Both the position numbers and the translations under genes were made by a program. Positions 16,835-25,167 of a stretch of DNA of 39,718 bases are shown piece after piece. The DNA is from Escherichia phage ElsieAttenhofer_Bas105, in the sequence record PQ850601.1; one strand, given 5' to 3'. Numbering within the stretch: the stretch's first letter is position 1; every line of letters starts with the position of its first letter. The notes beneath the pieces were generated by a model, which did no database searches, was not told the DNA's origin, and saw nothing but the letters and a program-made list of their open reading frames with translations.

Positions 16835-17236
16835 ATGATTGACTGTAGTGAGTGGACCGGGTGCCGAGATAAGTTCGGCTATGGCATGCGCAGGGTCAAT
16901 GGGAAAGTCCGTAGGCTACATCTCATAGCATATGAGGAAGCTAATGGTCCAATACCAAAGGGACTGGTTGTCCGTCATAAGTGTGACAACCCGTCATGTT
17001 ATAACCCTGATCACCTAGAGCTTGGGACACGAGCTGATAACGTTAAGGACCGGGATGTCCGTGGACGTATAGCAAAGGGTGTAAAAGTTGGATGTGCCAA
17101 GTTGACACCTGAAATTGTAGCAGAGGCTAAGAGATTGTACGCTTCTGGTGGATGGACTCACCGCTCTCTGGGGGAGAAATACGGCGTAGGGCATAGGACA
17201 ATAGCCAGAGCGATTGGAGGTGCTACATGGATTTAA
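16835..17236 (+). CDS. HNH homing endonuclease
   Basis: 133 aa; HNH core RHKCDNPSCYNPDHLELGTRADN with Cys-rich zinc ligands; free-standing between the gene 4 and gene 5 modules; 3' end overlaps the gene 5 start. Confidence 0.85.
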   Translation: MIDCSEWTGCRDKFGYGMRRVNGKVRRLHLIAYEEANGPIPKGLVVRHKCDNPSCYNPDHLELGTRADNVKDRDVRGRIAKGVKVGCAKLTPEIVAEAKRLYASGGWTHRSLGEKYGVGHRTIARAIGGATWI

Positions 17237-19395
17237 GTAACGTTTATGGCTCCGACATCGAGACCAACGGTCTCCTTGACACCGTGTCCCAGTTCCATTG
17301 TGGGGTCCTGATTAAGGCCGAGTCGAATGAGACCCTTAAGTATGGGGTAGCGCCGATGGTCGGTATCGTCGGTGGCTTCAAAGAGTATGTACAGAAGGTG
17401 GAAGAAATTGCTGCAACGCCTACGGGTATGCTGGTCTTCCATAACGGTATCAACTATGACGTCCCGGCTATAGACAAGCTGAAGCGTTTGTACTTTGGGA
17501 AACGATTTAACTTCCCGAAACACAAGATGATTGATACCTTGGTGCTGGGCCGCTTGATGTATCCCAACATTAAGTTCTCAGACATGGGCGCGGTGAAAGC
17601 TGGTCGTCTGCCACCTAAGATGATGGGACGCCAGTCTCTTGAGGCTTGGGGCTATCGTCTCGGTGAGATGAAGGGTGAGTACAAACACGATTACGTTGCC
17701 AAGTGCAAGGCCGAAGGTATCGAATATAAGTCTGGGGACGAATGGTTGTTCCCGTCTCAGGAGATGCTGGACTATAACGTTCAGGATGTTGTGGTTACAC
17801 TGGCATTGTTCAAGAAATTCCTGACTGACAAGTATTACTTCCAGTCTGAACAGTTTGCTTTCGAACAGATTTATGCGCTGCGTCTGGAACATGATGCTGC
17901 GTGGACCTGTGCGAAGATGGAACGTAACGGCTATCCGATGAACACCGAGATGGTCGAAGGCTTATATCGTGAACTCACTGTCAAACGTGCGGAGTTGCTG
18001 GACAAGCTGCGCTCGACTTTCGGTAGCTGGTATGCACCGAAGGGAGGCAAGGAGTTCTTCAAGCACCCAAGGACAGGTAAGGACCTTCCGAAGTATCCGC
18101 GAGTCGTGTATCCTAAGGTCGGTGGCATCTTTAAGAAGCCGAAGAACAAAGCTCAACGCTTAGGTCTTGAGCCTTGTGAACTCGATACGCGAGACACGAT
18201 GGAGGGAGCACCATTCACGCCAATCACTTACGTTGAGTTTAATCCGGGAAGCGGAGACCACTTAGCGAAAGTCCTGATGGAGCGTGGCTGGGAGCCTGTG
18301 GACTTCACTGACACCGGGAAACCTGTAGTCGATGACGAGACGTTGGAACACGTTAAGTTACCAGACGCAGAGGCTCAGGCTTGCGTAGAGCTGGTCCGTG
18401 AGTATCTGGTGGTCCAGAAGCGCATCGGTCAGGCGGCTGAAGGTAAGAACGCATGGTTGAAACTTGTGGGTCCAGACGGACGTATGCACGGTTCAATCAA
18501 CCCTTGTGGAGCAGTAACCGGACGTGCGACCCATAGTTCACCAAATATGGCTCAGGTCCCGGCTAACGGTGCTCCGTATGGTGAGACTTGCCGTGGTGCT
18601 TTCGGTGCAGCGTGGAACAAGAAGGACGGTAAGCCAGACCCTTGGATTCAAGTGGGCGTGGATGCTTCAGGTCTTGAGCTTCGTTGTCTGGGGAACCGAG
18701 CGACTCCGTTTGATGGTGGTGAATACGCCAAGACTGTGGTCGAAGGTGACATCCACTGGGCCAACGCAGTCAACGCTGGGCTAGCACCTAACGTCCCACG
18801 CGACAAGTCGAGCCACGACCACGATGCTTTCCGTGATAACGCTAAGACGTTCATCTATGCGTTCCTGTATGGTGCAGGGGCCGCGAAGATTGGACTGATA
18901 GTTGGCGGTGGTAAGAAGGAAGGTGCTGCCCTGATGAAGAAATTCATTGAGGGTACACCAGCTATCAAGGATCTGCGAGAGGCTGTGCAGAACACGCTCA
19001 TCTCAGAGTCGAAGTGGGTAGATGGTGAGAACATCGTGAAGTGGAAACGGCGCTGGCTGAAAGGTCTGGATGGTCGTCGCATTCACATCCGGTCTCCACA
19101 CTCAGCACTGAACGCATTACTTCAGGGTGATGGTGCGGTTGTCTGTAAGCACTGGATTGTCGAGACCGAGCGTATGCTCGAAGAGGCCGGGTATGTCCAC
19201 GGCTGGGAAGGAGACTTTGCGTACATGGCATGGGTTCACGACGAATTGCAGATTGCGTGTCGTACTCAGGAGATTGCCGAAGAAGTCGTCAAGATTGCTC
19301 AACTTGCTATGCGTAAGGTGGGTGAGTTCTATAACTTTAAATGTGTCCTTGATACCGAAGGTAAGATTGGACCAACGTGGAAGGAGTGTCACTAA
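17227..19395 (+). CDS. DNA polymerase (T7 gene 5 homolog, family A)
   Basis: 722 aa; exonuclease motif DIETNGL, FHNG..YDVP, palm motifs RDNAKTFIYAFLYGAG and VHDELQ, colinear with remembered T7 gp5. Confidence 0.97.
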   Translation: MDLSNVYGSDIETNGLLDTVSQFHCGVLIKAESNETLKYGVAPMVGIVGGFKEYVQKVEEIAATPTGMLVFHNGINYDVPAIDKLKRLYFGKRFNFPKHKMIDTLVLGRLMYPNIKFSDMGAVKAGRLPPKMMGRQSLEAWGYRLGEMKGEYKHDYVAKCKAEGIEYKSGDEWLFPSQEMLDYNVQDVVVTLALFKKFLTDKYYFQSEQFAFEQIYALRLEHDAAWTCAKMERNGYPMNTEMVEGLYRELTVKRAELLDKLRSTFGSWYAPKGGKEFFKHPRTGKDLPKYPRVVYPKVGGIFKKPKNKAQRLGLEPCELDTRDTMEGAPFTPITYVEFNPGSGDHLAKVLMERGWEPVDFTDTGKPVVDDETLEHVKLPDAEAQACVELVREYLVVQKRIGQAAEGKNAWLKLVGPDGRMHGSINPCGAVTGRATHSSPNMAQVPANGAPYGETCRGAFGAAWNKKDGKPDPWIQVGVDASGLELRCLGNRATPFDGGEYAKTVVEGDIHWANAVNAGLAPNVPRDKSSHDHDAFRDNAKTFIYAFLYGAGAAKIGLIVGGGKKEGAALMKKFIEGTPAIKDLREAVQNTLISESKWVDGENIVKWKRRWLKGLDGRRIHIRSPHSALNALLQGDGAVVCKHWIVETERMLEEAGYVHGWEGDFAYMAWVHDELQIACRTQEIAEEVVKIAQLAMRKVGEFYNFKCVLDTEGKIGPTWKECH

Positions 19396-19685
19396 TGGCT
19401 ATTACTAAACGTATGCGAGTTTCGTTCTCGCTGGGTACTGTGTCGTCAACTGAAGACGTGGAGAACTTCAAGAAGACTCTATGTGAGCTGAGCCGTAAGG
19501 TCCTCAACGGAGAGAAGACCACTGGTTTTGAACGTAAGATGGTAGAGGTTGGTGTGACTGAAGGTCTGGAAGCTGTAGTCGAATTGGTCTTCAAGAAAGG
19601 TATCGTCGATGGGCTGAAAGAAGACCTGAGCAGTTACTCTGACATGCCGAGCTTTGGTAACTTCCGGGTGGAGTTCGAACGATGA
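19395..19685 (+). CDS. Gene 5.5-like protein (T7 gp5.5 binds host H-NS)
   Basis: Start MAITKRMRVSF resembles remembered T7 gp5.5 MAMTKRFKVSF; TAATG overlap with gene 5 stop; the track ORF starts earlier at 19377 but the internal ATG fits better. Confidence 0.65.
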   Translation: MAITKRMRVSFSLGTVSSTEDVENFKKTLCELSRKVLNGEKTTGFERKMVEVGVTEGLEAVVELVFKKGIVDGLKEDLSSYSDMPSFGNFRVEFER

Positions 19686-19891
19686 GTGAATACTTACGGG
19701 TCCTAGCGGCCCTTAAGTCCTGCCCGAAGACCTTCCAGTCAAACTATGTGCGCAACAACGCTGCACTTGTGGCTGAGGCTGCGAGTCGTGGACATCTAAG
19801 CTGCCTGTCTATGGACGGGCGTAACAACGGTGCGTGGGAGATTACCGCTGCTGGCACCAAGTTCCTGAACCAACACGGAGGCTGTCTATGA
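19682..19891 (+). CDS. Gene 5.7 homolog
   Basis: 69 aa; LKSCPKTFQSNYVRNNAALVAEAASRGHLSCL...GAWEITAAGTKFL nearly identical to remembered T7 gp5.7. Confidence 0.85.
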   Translation: MSEYLRVLAALKSCPKTFQSNYVRNNAALVAEAASRGHLSCLSMDGRNNGAWEITAAGTKFLNQHGGCL

Positions 19892-20220
19892 GCTTACTTG
19901 AAACTTTACAATCACTGCTGCGAGAGAACCCTTGGTCAGACGATCTGCCAGACGAGTGGGAAATCCTTGAGGATGGAGACTGGCGTGACAACCATAAGTC
20001 AGAAGCTAAAGAGGACATCGTTAAGCATCTGCCTTCAGGTAAAATCTTCCGGGCGTCTCTGGGTCGAACTGGTGACTACTGGCAGGGCTACGAGACCGAG
20101 TTCTATGATGCTGAAGAGGTTGAGCCTTATGAAGCGGTTGTGGTTCTTTACCGTCCTGTGAAACTTCTGGATGTCACTGTCCCAGCAATGAGTAAAGCCA
20201 AGGCGGTGAGCAATGAGTGA
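19888..20220 (+). CDS. Acidic hypothetical protein (110 aa) at the gene 5.9 position
   Basis: ATGA overlap with gene 5.7 stop; very acidic N-terminal half (DDLPDEWEILEDGDW); twice the length of T7 gp5.9 with no clear sequence match. Confidence 0.5.
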   Translation: MSLLETLQSLLRENPWSDDLPDEWEILEDGDWRDNHKSEAKEDIVKHLPSGKIFRASLGRTGDYWQGYETEFYDAEEVEPYEAVVVLYRPVKLLDVTVPAMSKAKAVSNE

Positions 20221-21079
20221 GAAGAAGATAGCTCTGGTTCTGGATGGCGACTATCTGGTATTCTCTTCTATGGCTGCTGCCGAGGACGAGACTGACTGGG
20301 GTGATGACATCTGGACCCTTATCTGCGACCACGAGAAGGCTCGTCGTATCCTTGAGAACACCATCGCTGAAATCGTTAAGAAGCGAAAGGCGTGGAAAGA
20401 CGCTAAGATTGTGATGTGCTTCACTGATGATTATAACTGGCGCAAGGACGTCCTGCCTACCTATAAGGCCAACCGTAAAGGTTCTCGCAAGCCTGTAGGA
20501 TACAAGAAGTTCGTAGCCGAAGTGATGGCCGACCCACGGTTCAACAGCTTCCTACGTCCTACGCTTGAGGGTGATGACTGTATGGGTATCATCGGGACAC
20601 GACCTCAGATTGTAGGCTGTGACCATGCTGTTCTGGTGTCCTGCGATAAGGACTTCAAGACCATCCCGAACTGTGAGTTCTTCTGGTTAACCACTGGTGA
20701 AATCCTGAGTCATACGACTGCTGAGGCAGACTACTGGCACATGGAGCAAACCATCAAGGGTGACAGTACAGATGGCTATGGTGGCATTCCGGGGATGGGT
20801 GAGGACACCACTCGTGCGTTCCTTGACGAGCCGTACTACTTCGTGCAGGAGAGCCGTGAGCTTAAGACTGGCAAGAACAAAGGCCAGATTAAGACCGAGT
20901 GGAAGAAGTATCCTAAGCGTGAAGACATGACGCTTTGGGACTGCATGGTGACTCTGGCTGCTAAAGCTGGGACGACCGAGGAGGAACTTCTGGTCCAAGC
21001 TCAGGTCGCTCGTATTTGTCGAGCCTCTGACTACGACCCTAAGTCCAAGGAGGTCATCCTATGGACACCATCCATGTAA
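20213..21079 (+). CDS. 5'-3' exonuclease (T7 gene 6 homolog)
   Basis: 288 aa; FEN-like N-terminus LVLDGDYLVF, acidic clusters, GIPGMG; position and size match T7 gp6. Confidence 0.9.
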   Translation: MSEKKIALVLDGDYLVFSSMAAAEDETDWGDDIWTLICDHEKARRILENTIAEIVKKRKAWKDAKIVMCFTDDYNWRKDVLPTYKANRKGSRKPVGYKKFVAEVMADPRFNSFLRPTLEGDDCMGIIGTRPQIVGCDHAVLVSCDKDFKTIPNCEFFWLTTGEILSHTTAEADYWHMEQTIKGDSTDGYGGIPGMGEDTTRAFLDEPYYFVQESRELKTGKNKGQIKTEWKKYPKREDMTLWDCMVTLAAKAGTTEEELLVQAQVARICRASDYDPKSKEVILWTPSM

Positions 21080-21153
21080 TCTACTGGGCCGGACTTCTGG
21101 CCATTTACTGCATGTACAAGTGGTTCGGGTCGAACAACCGTCCTAAACACTGA
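21061..21153 (+). CDS. Small membrane peptide (30 aa), gene 6.3-like
   Basis: Own translation MDTIHVIYWAGLLAIYCMYKWFGSNNRPKH overlapping the gene 6 stop; single TM helix; position only. Confidence 0.3.
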   Translation: MDTIHVIYWAGLLAIYCMYKWFGSNNRPKH

Positions 21154-21205
21154 GTCTAACCGATAGTCATATCCTATCAATCCAACAGTCATCCATAGGT
21201 GAAAC

Positions 21206-21228
21206 ACTAAACTATCACTATAGGGACT
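21206..21228 (+). promoter_or_regulatory. Phage RNAP promoter (phi6.5-like)
   Basis: CACTAAACTATCACTATAGGGAC; +1 at 21223. Confidence 0.75.
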
Positions 21229-21289
21229 TTAGGACCTAAGATATGACTATAAGATAGACTTTAGTCTTAACTTAAAGAGGAGATTCAAG

Positions 21290-21562
21290 ATGGCGATTAA
21301 TGCTATTGAAAACGTTGTTAAGCAGTTACAGGAAGAAAGACTTGATGTCCCTAACATCTCCCAGTCTGCCATCCAATTCCTGCACGTACTGTTCAACGCA
21401 AGCTACGCTGAGAAGACGGGAGCTATAAGTCTCCTCAAGCAGCAAGGCTACAGCGATGCGTTCATTGCAGGGTTCATCAAGGGTCTCCAGTATTGTTCTG
21501 ACACTCTCGACTCTGCTATTGCTATGCGTCGTGAGCTTAAAGATACCGTTCAGTTCGATTAA
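21290..21562 (+). CDS. Gene 6.5-like hypothetical protein
   Basis: 90-aa ORF with GAGGAGA RBS, first gene after the phi6.5-like promoter; position and size match T7 gp6.5. Confidence 0.5.
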   Translation: MAINAIENVVKQLQEERLDVPNISQSAIQFLHVLFNASYAEKTGAISLLKQQGYSDAFIAGFIKGLQYCSDTLDSAIAMRRELKDTVQFD

Positions 21563-21576
21563 TTGTAGGAGGGACT

Positions 21577-21801
21577 ATGTGTTTCAGTCCAAAGATTAGC
21601 ACTCCGAAGCCTTCGGTCCAAGCACCAGAACCAGCACCTCTGAGTGAGGAAGTTGCGTCAGTTGACATCGGGGCTGAATCGGACGTGGACACCAACGAGA
21701 CCAAAGGTATCAAAGACCTTAAGGTTAAGAAGGAGTCTGCACCTAAAGATAAATCGTCAGTGAGTCGCGCTATGCGGGCATCTGGCGTAAACATGGGGTA
21801 A
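21577..21801 (+). CDS. Gene 6.7-like virion protein
   Basis: 74 aa; N-terminus MCFSPKISTPKP matches remembered T7 gp6.7 MCFSPKIKTPK; EPAPL shared. Confidence 0.8.
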   Translation: MCFSPKISTPKPSVQAPEPAPLSEEVASVDIGAESDVDTNETKGIKDLKVKKESAPKDKSSVSRAMRASGVNMG

Positions 21802-21805
21802 GACA

Positions 21806-22207
21806 ATGCTACACTACAGAAACTCAAGCGACGGTCGCCTCATGGCTGCTGAACGCCTCTGGGAAGACGGACAGTCTGACTTCACCTCTTTCTCTGAGTT
21901 CAAACAGCATACCTTCCGTATGGCTGATGAATTTGAGGGAGAGGAGTACACAATCTATGATGAGGAGTGTAAGCCTGTGGCCTACCTCTACATGCTAGCT
22001 TCATCGGCTTGGCACAGAAAGGCTCCCGGTCTTGACCTTTCCATTCTAGCTATCCGTAGTGACTCGCAGTCCTCCCGAAAGGTTCTTGAGACTGTCAGCC
22101 ACATTATTCACGGAGAGTGTAGACGATGGGGCCTGAACTGGTGGTCCCGTGTCAAGCACAATGGGCCAGTAGACATCGTTATAACCAAGGAGATTAACCG
22201 TGGGTAA
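21806..22207 (+). CDS. Gene 7-like protein
   Basis: 133 aa (same as T7 gp7); position between 6.7 and 7.3; no motif check possible. Confidence 0.55.
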   Translation: MLHYRNSSDGRLMAAERLWEDGQSDFTSFSEFKQHTFRMADEFEGEEYTIYDEECKPVAYLYMLASSAWHRKAPGLDLSILAIRSDSQSSRKVLETVSHIIHGECRRWGLNWWSRVKHNGPVDIVITKEINRG

Positions 22208-22448
22208 ATCCATTAGTAAAGCCTTTAAGAAAGTGGTGAAAAGTACGCTAGGGACCGTTGGTCTTGGCTCTGATGACGCGCCTAAGGTTGTTGAGGCTCA
22301 GACCCCAGCAGCACCAGTGGAAGTACCGAACAACCAAGTGGAAGATGTGGATACTGAAGCAACAGCATCTGACGAGAAGAAAGTGAAGCGTTCCGGTAAG
22401 CGCAGCCTTCAGGTATCTCGCACCTCTGGTGGCGGTATTTCTATTTAA
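22200..22448 (+). CDS. Gene 7.3-like tail/virion protein (GTG start)
   Basis: 82 aa; MGKSISKAFKKVVK...RSGKRSLQVSRTSGGGISI resembles remembered T7 gp7.3 (MGKKVKKAVKK...KKSLSVARSSGGGINI); AAGGAG 9 nt upstream of GTG. Confidence 0.75.
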   Translation: MGKSISKAFKKVVKSTLGTVGLGSDDAPKVVEAQTPAAPVEVPNNQVEDVDTEATASDEKKVKRSGKRSLQVSRTSGGGISI

Positions 22449-22459
22449 GGAGGTGATGA

Positions 22460-24028
22460 ATGGCTGAACGTGAAGGGTTCGCTGCTGAAGGAGCCAAAGC
22501 GGTCTATGACCGACTGAAGAACGGTAGACAGCCATATGAGACACGCGCTCAGAACTGTGCTACTGTCACTATCCCGTCACTGTTTCCTAAGGAGTCCGAC
22601 AACTCATCTACTGAGTATACCACTCCGTGGCAATCCGTAGGTGCTCGCTGCTTGAACAACTTGGCTGCAAAGCTGATGTTGGCGTTATTCCCTCAGTCAC
22701 CGTGGATGCGACTGACAGTCTCCGAATATGAGGCAAAGACCTTGAGTCAGGACTCAGAGGCGGCTGCTCGCGTTGACGAAGGGCTGGCTATGGTCGAGCG
22801 TGTGTTGATGGCCTACATGGAGACTAACAGTTTCCGTGTCCCATTGTTCGAGGCTTTGAAGCAGCTTATCGTCTCAGGTAACTGTCTGCTCTACATCCCT
22901 CCTCCAGAACAAGGAACATACAGTCCGATGCGGATGTATCGCTTAGTGTCCTACGTTGTCCAACGTGATGCGTTCGGTAACATCTTGCAGATTGTGACTC
23001 TCGACAAGGTAGCGTTTAGTGCTCTACCGGAAGACGTGAAGTCTCAACTCAACGCAGACGACTATGAGCCTGACACCGAGCTGGAAGTATATACACACAT
23101 CTACCGTCAGGACGACGAGTATCTTCGATACGAGGAAGTGGAAGGCATTGAGGTGACAGGGACCGATGGTTCCTACCCGCTGACTGCATGTCCATACATC
23201 CCGGTACGAATGGTTCGACTGGATGGTGAAGACTATGGTCGTTCTTACTGCGAGGAGTATCTGGGAGACCTGAACTCGCTGGAGACGATTACAGAAGCTA
23301 TCACCAAAATGGCTAAGGTAGCCTCCAAGGTGGTGGGCCTCGTTAACCCGAACGGCATCACGCAACCTCGACGTCTGAACAAGGCGGCTACAGGTGAGTT
23401 CGTGGCTGGTCGCGTTGAGGACATCAACTTCCTGCAACTGACGAAAGGTCAGGACTTTACGATTGCCAAGTCGGTGGCTGACGCTATAGAGCAACGTTTA
23501 GGCTGGGCCTTCCTTCTTAACAGTGCTGTTCAGCGTAATGCCGAGCGTGTCACTGCTGAAGAGATTCGTTATGTTGCTGGCGAACTGGAGGCGACCTTAG
23601 GTGGCGTGTACTCAGTGCAGTCACAAGAGCTTCAGTTACCTATCGTCCGTGTGCTGATGAACCAGCTTCAGTCTGCTGGCATGATTCCTGACCTTCCGAA
23701 AGAAGCGGTAGAGCCTACGGTCTCCACTGGTCTTGAAGCGTTAGGTCGTGGTCAAGACTTAGAGAAGCTGACTCAGGCAGTCAACATGATGACCGGGCTA
23801 CAGCCTCTGCAACAGGACCCAGACATTAACTTGCCGACCCTTAAGCTACGACTACTGAATGCCTTAGGCATTGATACCGCCGGTCTACTACTGACTCAGG
23901 ACGAGAAGCTGCAACGTATGGCTGAACAATCCGCTCAAGGAGCTGTGGTCAACGGTGCGTCTGCTGCTGGTGCTAACATGGGCGCTGCTGTAGGTCAAGG
24001 AGCTGGTGAGGACATGGCTCAAGCCTAA
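22460..24028 (+). CDS. Head-to-tail connector / portal protein (T7 gene 8 homolog)
   Basis: 522 aa; long colinear identity blocks with remembered T7 gp8 (PYETRAQNCA, IPSLFPK, YRLVSYVVQRDAFGN, RMVRLDGEDYGRSY, ERVTAEEIRYVA). Confidence 0.97.
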   Translation: MAEREGFAAEGAKAVYDRLKNGRQPYETRAQNCATVTIPSLFPKESDNSSTEYTTPWQSVGARCLNNLAAKLMLALFPQSPWMRLTVSEYEAKTLSQDSEAAARVDEGLAMVERVLMAYMETNSFRVPLFEALKQLIVSGNCLLYIPPPEQGTYSPMRMYRLVSYVVQRDAFGNILQIVTLDKVAFSALPEDVKSQLNADDYEPDTELEVYTHIYRQDDEYLRYEEVEGIEVTGTDGSYPLTACPYIPVRMVRLDGEDYGRSYCEEYLGDLNSLETITEAITKMAKVASKVVGLVNPNGITQPRRLNKAATGEFVAGRVEDINFLQLTKGQDFTIAKSVADAIEQRLGWAFLLNSAVQRNAERVTAEEIRYVAGELEATLGGVYSVQSQELQLPIVRVLMNQLQSAGMIPDLPKEAVEPTVSTGLEALGRGQDLEKLTQAVNMMTGLQPLQQDPDINLPTLKLRLLNALGIDTAGLLLTQDEKLQRMAEQSAQGAVVNGASAAGANMGAAVGQGAGEDMAQA

Positions 24029-24046
24029 ACTATCACTATAGGAACA
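24024..24046 (+). promoter_or_regulatory. Phage RNAP promoter (phi9-like)
   Basis: AGCCTAAACTATCACTATAGGAAC; +1 at 24041. Confidence 0.75.
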
Positions 24047-24143
24047 CCGAAAGTAAGAGCGACTAAGCCGACCATATGGTAGCCGTTAGTCCCACACTGC
24101 AAGTAGGTGTTTACCTATTAACGACTTAAAGGAGAACTACTCA

Positions 24144-25028
24144 ATGTCTCAATCAGTTTATGCCGAGTTTGGCGTTAGTCCTAATGCAATCACTGGTTCC
24201 GTTGAGGACCTGAACGAACACCAGAAGTCTATGCTTGAACAGGACGTAGCTGTTCGCGATGGCGATGACGCTATTACCTTCAAGCAACTGGAAGCCGAAA
24301 ACGAAGAGGCTGCCGAAGAAGACGATAACGTCGAAGAGACTGAAGGTGAAGAAGACCACGAGTACGATGACGAAGAGTCTGAGACCGATGGTGAGCAGCC
24401 TGAGTTCATCGAACTGGGTGATGCACCGAAAGAGCTTACCGAAAGTGTCACCGCGCTGGATGAAAACGAAGCTGCATTCGACGACATGGTGTCTTCTGCT
24501 GTGGAAGCTGGCAAGGTCACTGCTGATGAAATTACCGCTATCAAGGCTGAATACGCCAAGGACGGTAAGCTGTCTGACGCATCCTACGCTAAGTTGCAGG
24601 AAGCAGGTTACACCAAGCGTTTCGTAGATTCGTTTGTCCGTGGTCAGGAAGCACTGGCTGAACAGTATGCTGCTGGTGTGGTTCGCTACGCTGGTGGAGC
24701 TGAACAGTTTAATCGCATCCTGTCCCACCTTGAGTCAACCGACCCGTCAACTCGTGAAGCACTGGAAGCTGCTATCGTTCGTAAGGACATTGCGACTACC
24801 AAAGCTCTGCTGAATCTGGCAGGCAAGACTCTGGGTAAAGCTGTAGGCGTTAAACCTCAGCGTACCATCACCACTCAGGCTAAACCTGTGGGAGCACCTA
24901 AGGCTACTAAGACTGAAGCATTCAGCTCTAAGGCTGACATGATTAAGGCTATGAGTGACCCGCGATACCTGCGTGACGCTAAGTACACGATGGAAGTTCG
25001 CGCTAAGGTAGCTGCATCAAGCCTGTAG
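24144..25028 (+). CDS. Capsid assembly scaffolding protein (T7 gene 9 homolog)
   Basis: 294 aa, strongly acidic (Glu/Asp runs), helical; located between portal and major capsid genes. Confidence 0.88.
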   Translation: MSQSVYAEFGVSPNAITGSVEDLNEHQKSMLEQDVAVRDGDDAITFKQLEAENEEAAEEDDNVEETEGEEDHEYDDEESETDGEQPEFIELGDAPKELTESVTALDENEAAFDDMVSSAVEAGKVTADEITAIKAEYAKDGKLSDASYAKLQEAGYTKRFVDSFVRGQEALAEQYAAGVVRYAGGAEQFNRILSHLESTDPSTREALEAAIVRKDIATTKALLNLAGKTLGKAVGVKPQRTITTQAKPVGAPKATKTEAFSSKADMIKAMSDPRYLRDAKYTMEVRAKVAASSL

Positions 25029-25029
25029 G

Positions 25030-25052
25030 ACTAAACTATCACTATAGGGAGA
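25030..25052 (+). promoter_or_regulatory. Phage RNAP promoter (phi10-like, strongest consensus match)
   Basis: ACTAAACTATCACTATAGGGAGA; +1 at 25047; shares CACTATAGGGAGA with the T7 class III promoters. Confidence 0.85.
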
Positions 25053-25090
25053 CCAAGAGACAGACTCAAGAGACAGACTCAAGGTTTCCC
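25047..25090 (+). promoter_or_regulatory. 5' leader stem-loop of the capsid transcript with a 13-nt tandem duplication in the loop
   Basis: GGGAGACC (25047-25054) pairs with GGTTTCCC (25083-25090) as in the T7 phi10 leader; loop holds AGACAGACTCAAG twice (25058-25070, 25071-25083). Confidence 0.55.
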
Positions 25091-25167
25091 TATTACTTCA
25101 GTCCATACGGATTGGGCGTACAGTAAGTAATAAACTTTATCTTTCAATTGAATAGGAGAATTATCAT

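Noticed and set aside
19377-19394. Upstream extension of the gene 5.5 ORF (MEGVSL...)
   Set aside because: Homology to T7 gp5.5 begins at the internal ATG 19395, which is coupled to the gene 5 stop; the extension would overlap the DNA polymerase C-terminus.
24259-24627. 122-aa alternate-frame + strand ORF inside the scaffolding gene
   Set aside because: Product of reading the acidic GAA/GAC-rich scaffold gene in another frame (Lys/Ser-rich); no start context.
24153-24728. Minus-strand ORFs of 60-191 aa throughout the window (e.g. 24153-24728, 35656-36165, 23024-23494, 2888-3319, 25636-26157)
   Set aside because: All lie antisense inside well-supported + strand genes of a T7-like genome that is transcribed from one strand; no convincing RBS or promoter context; long antisense frames are expected by chance in Ala/Gly-rich genes.
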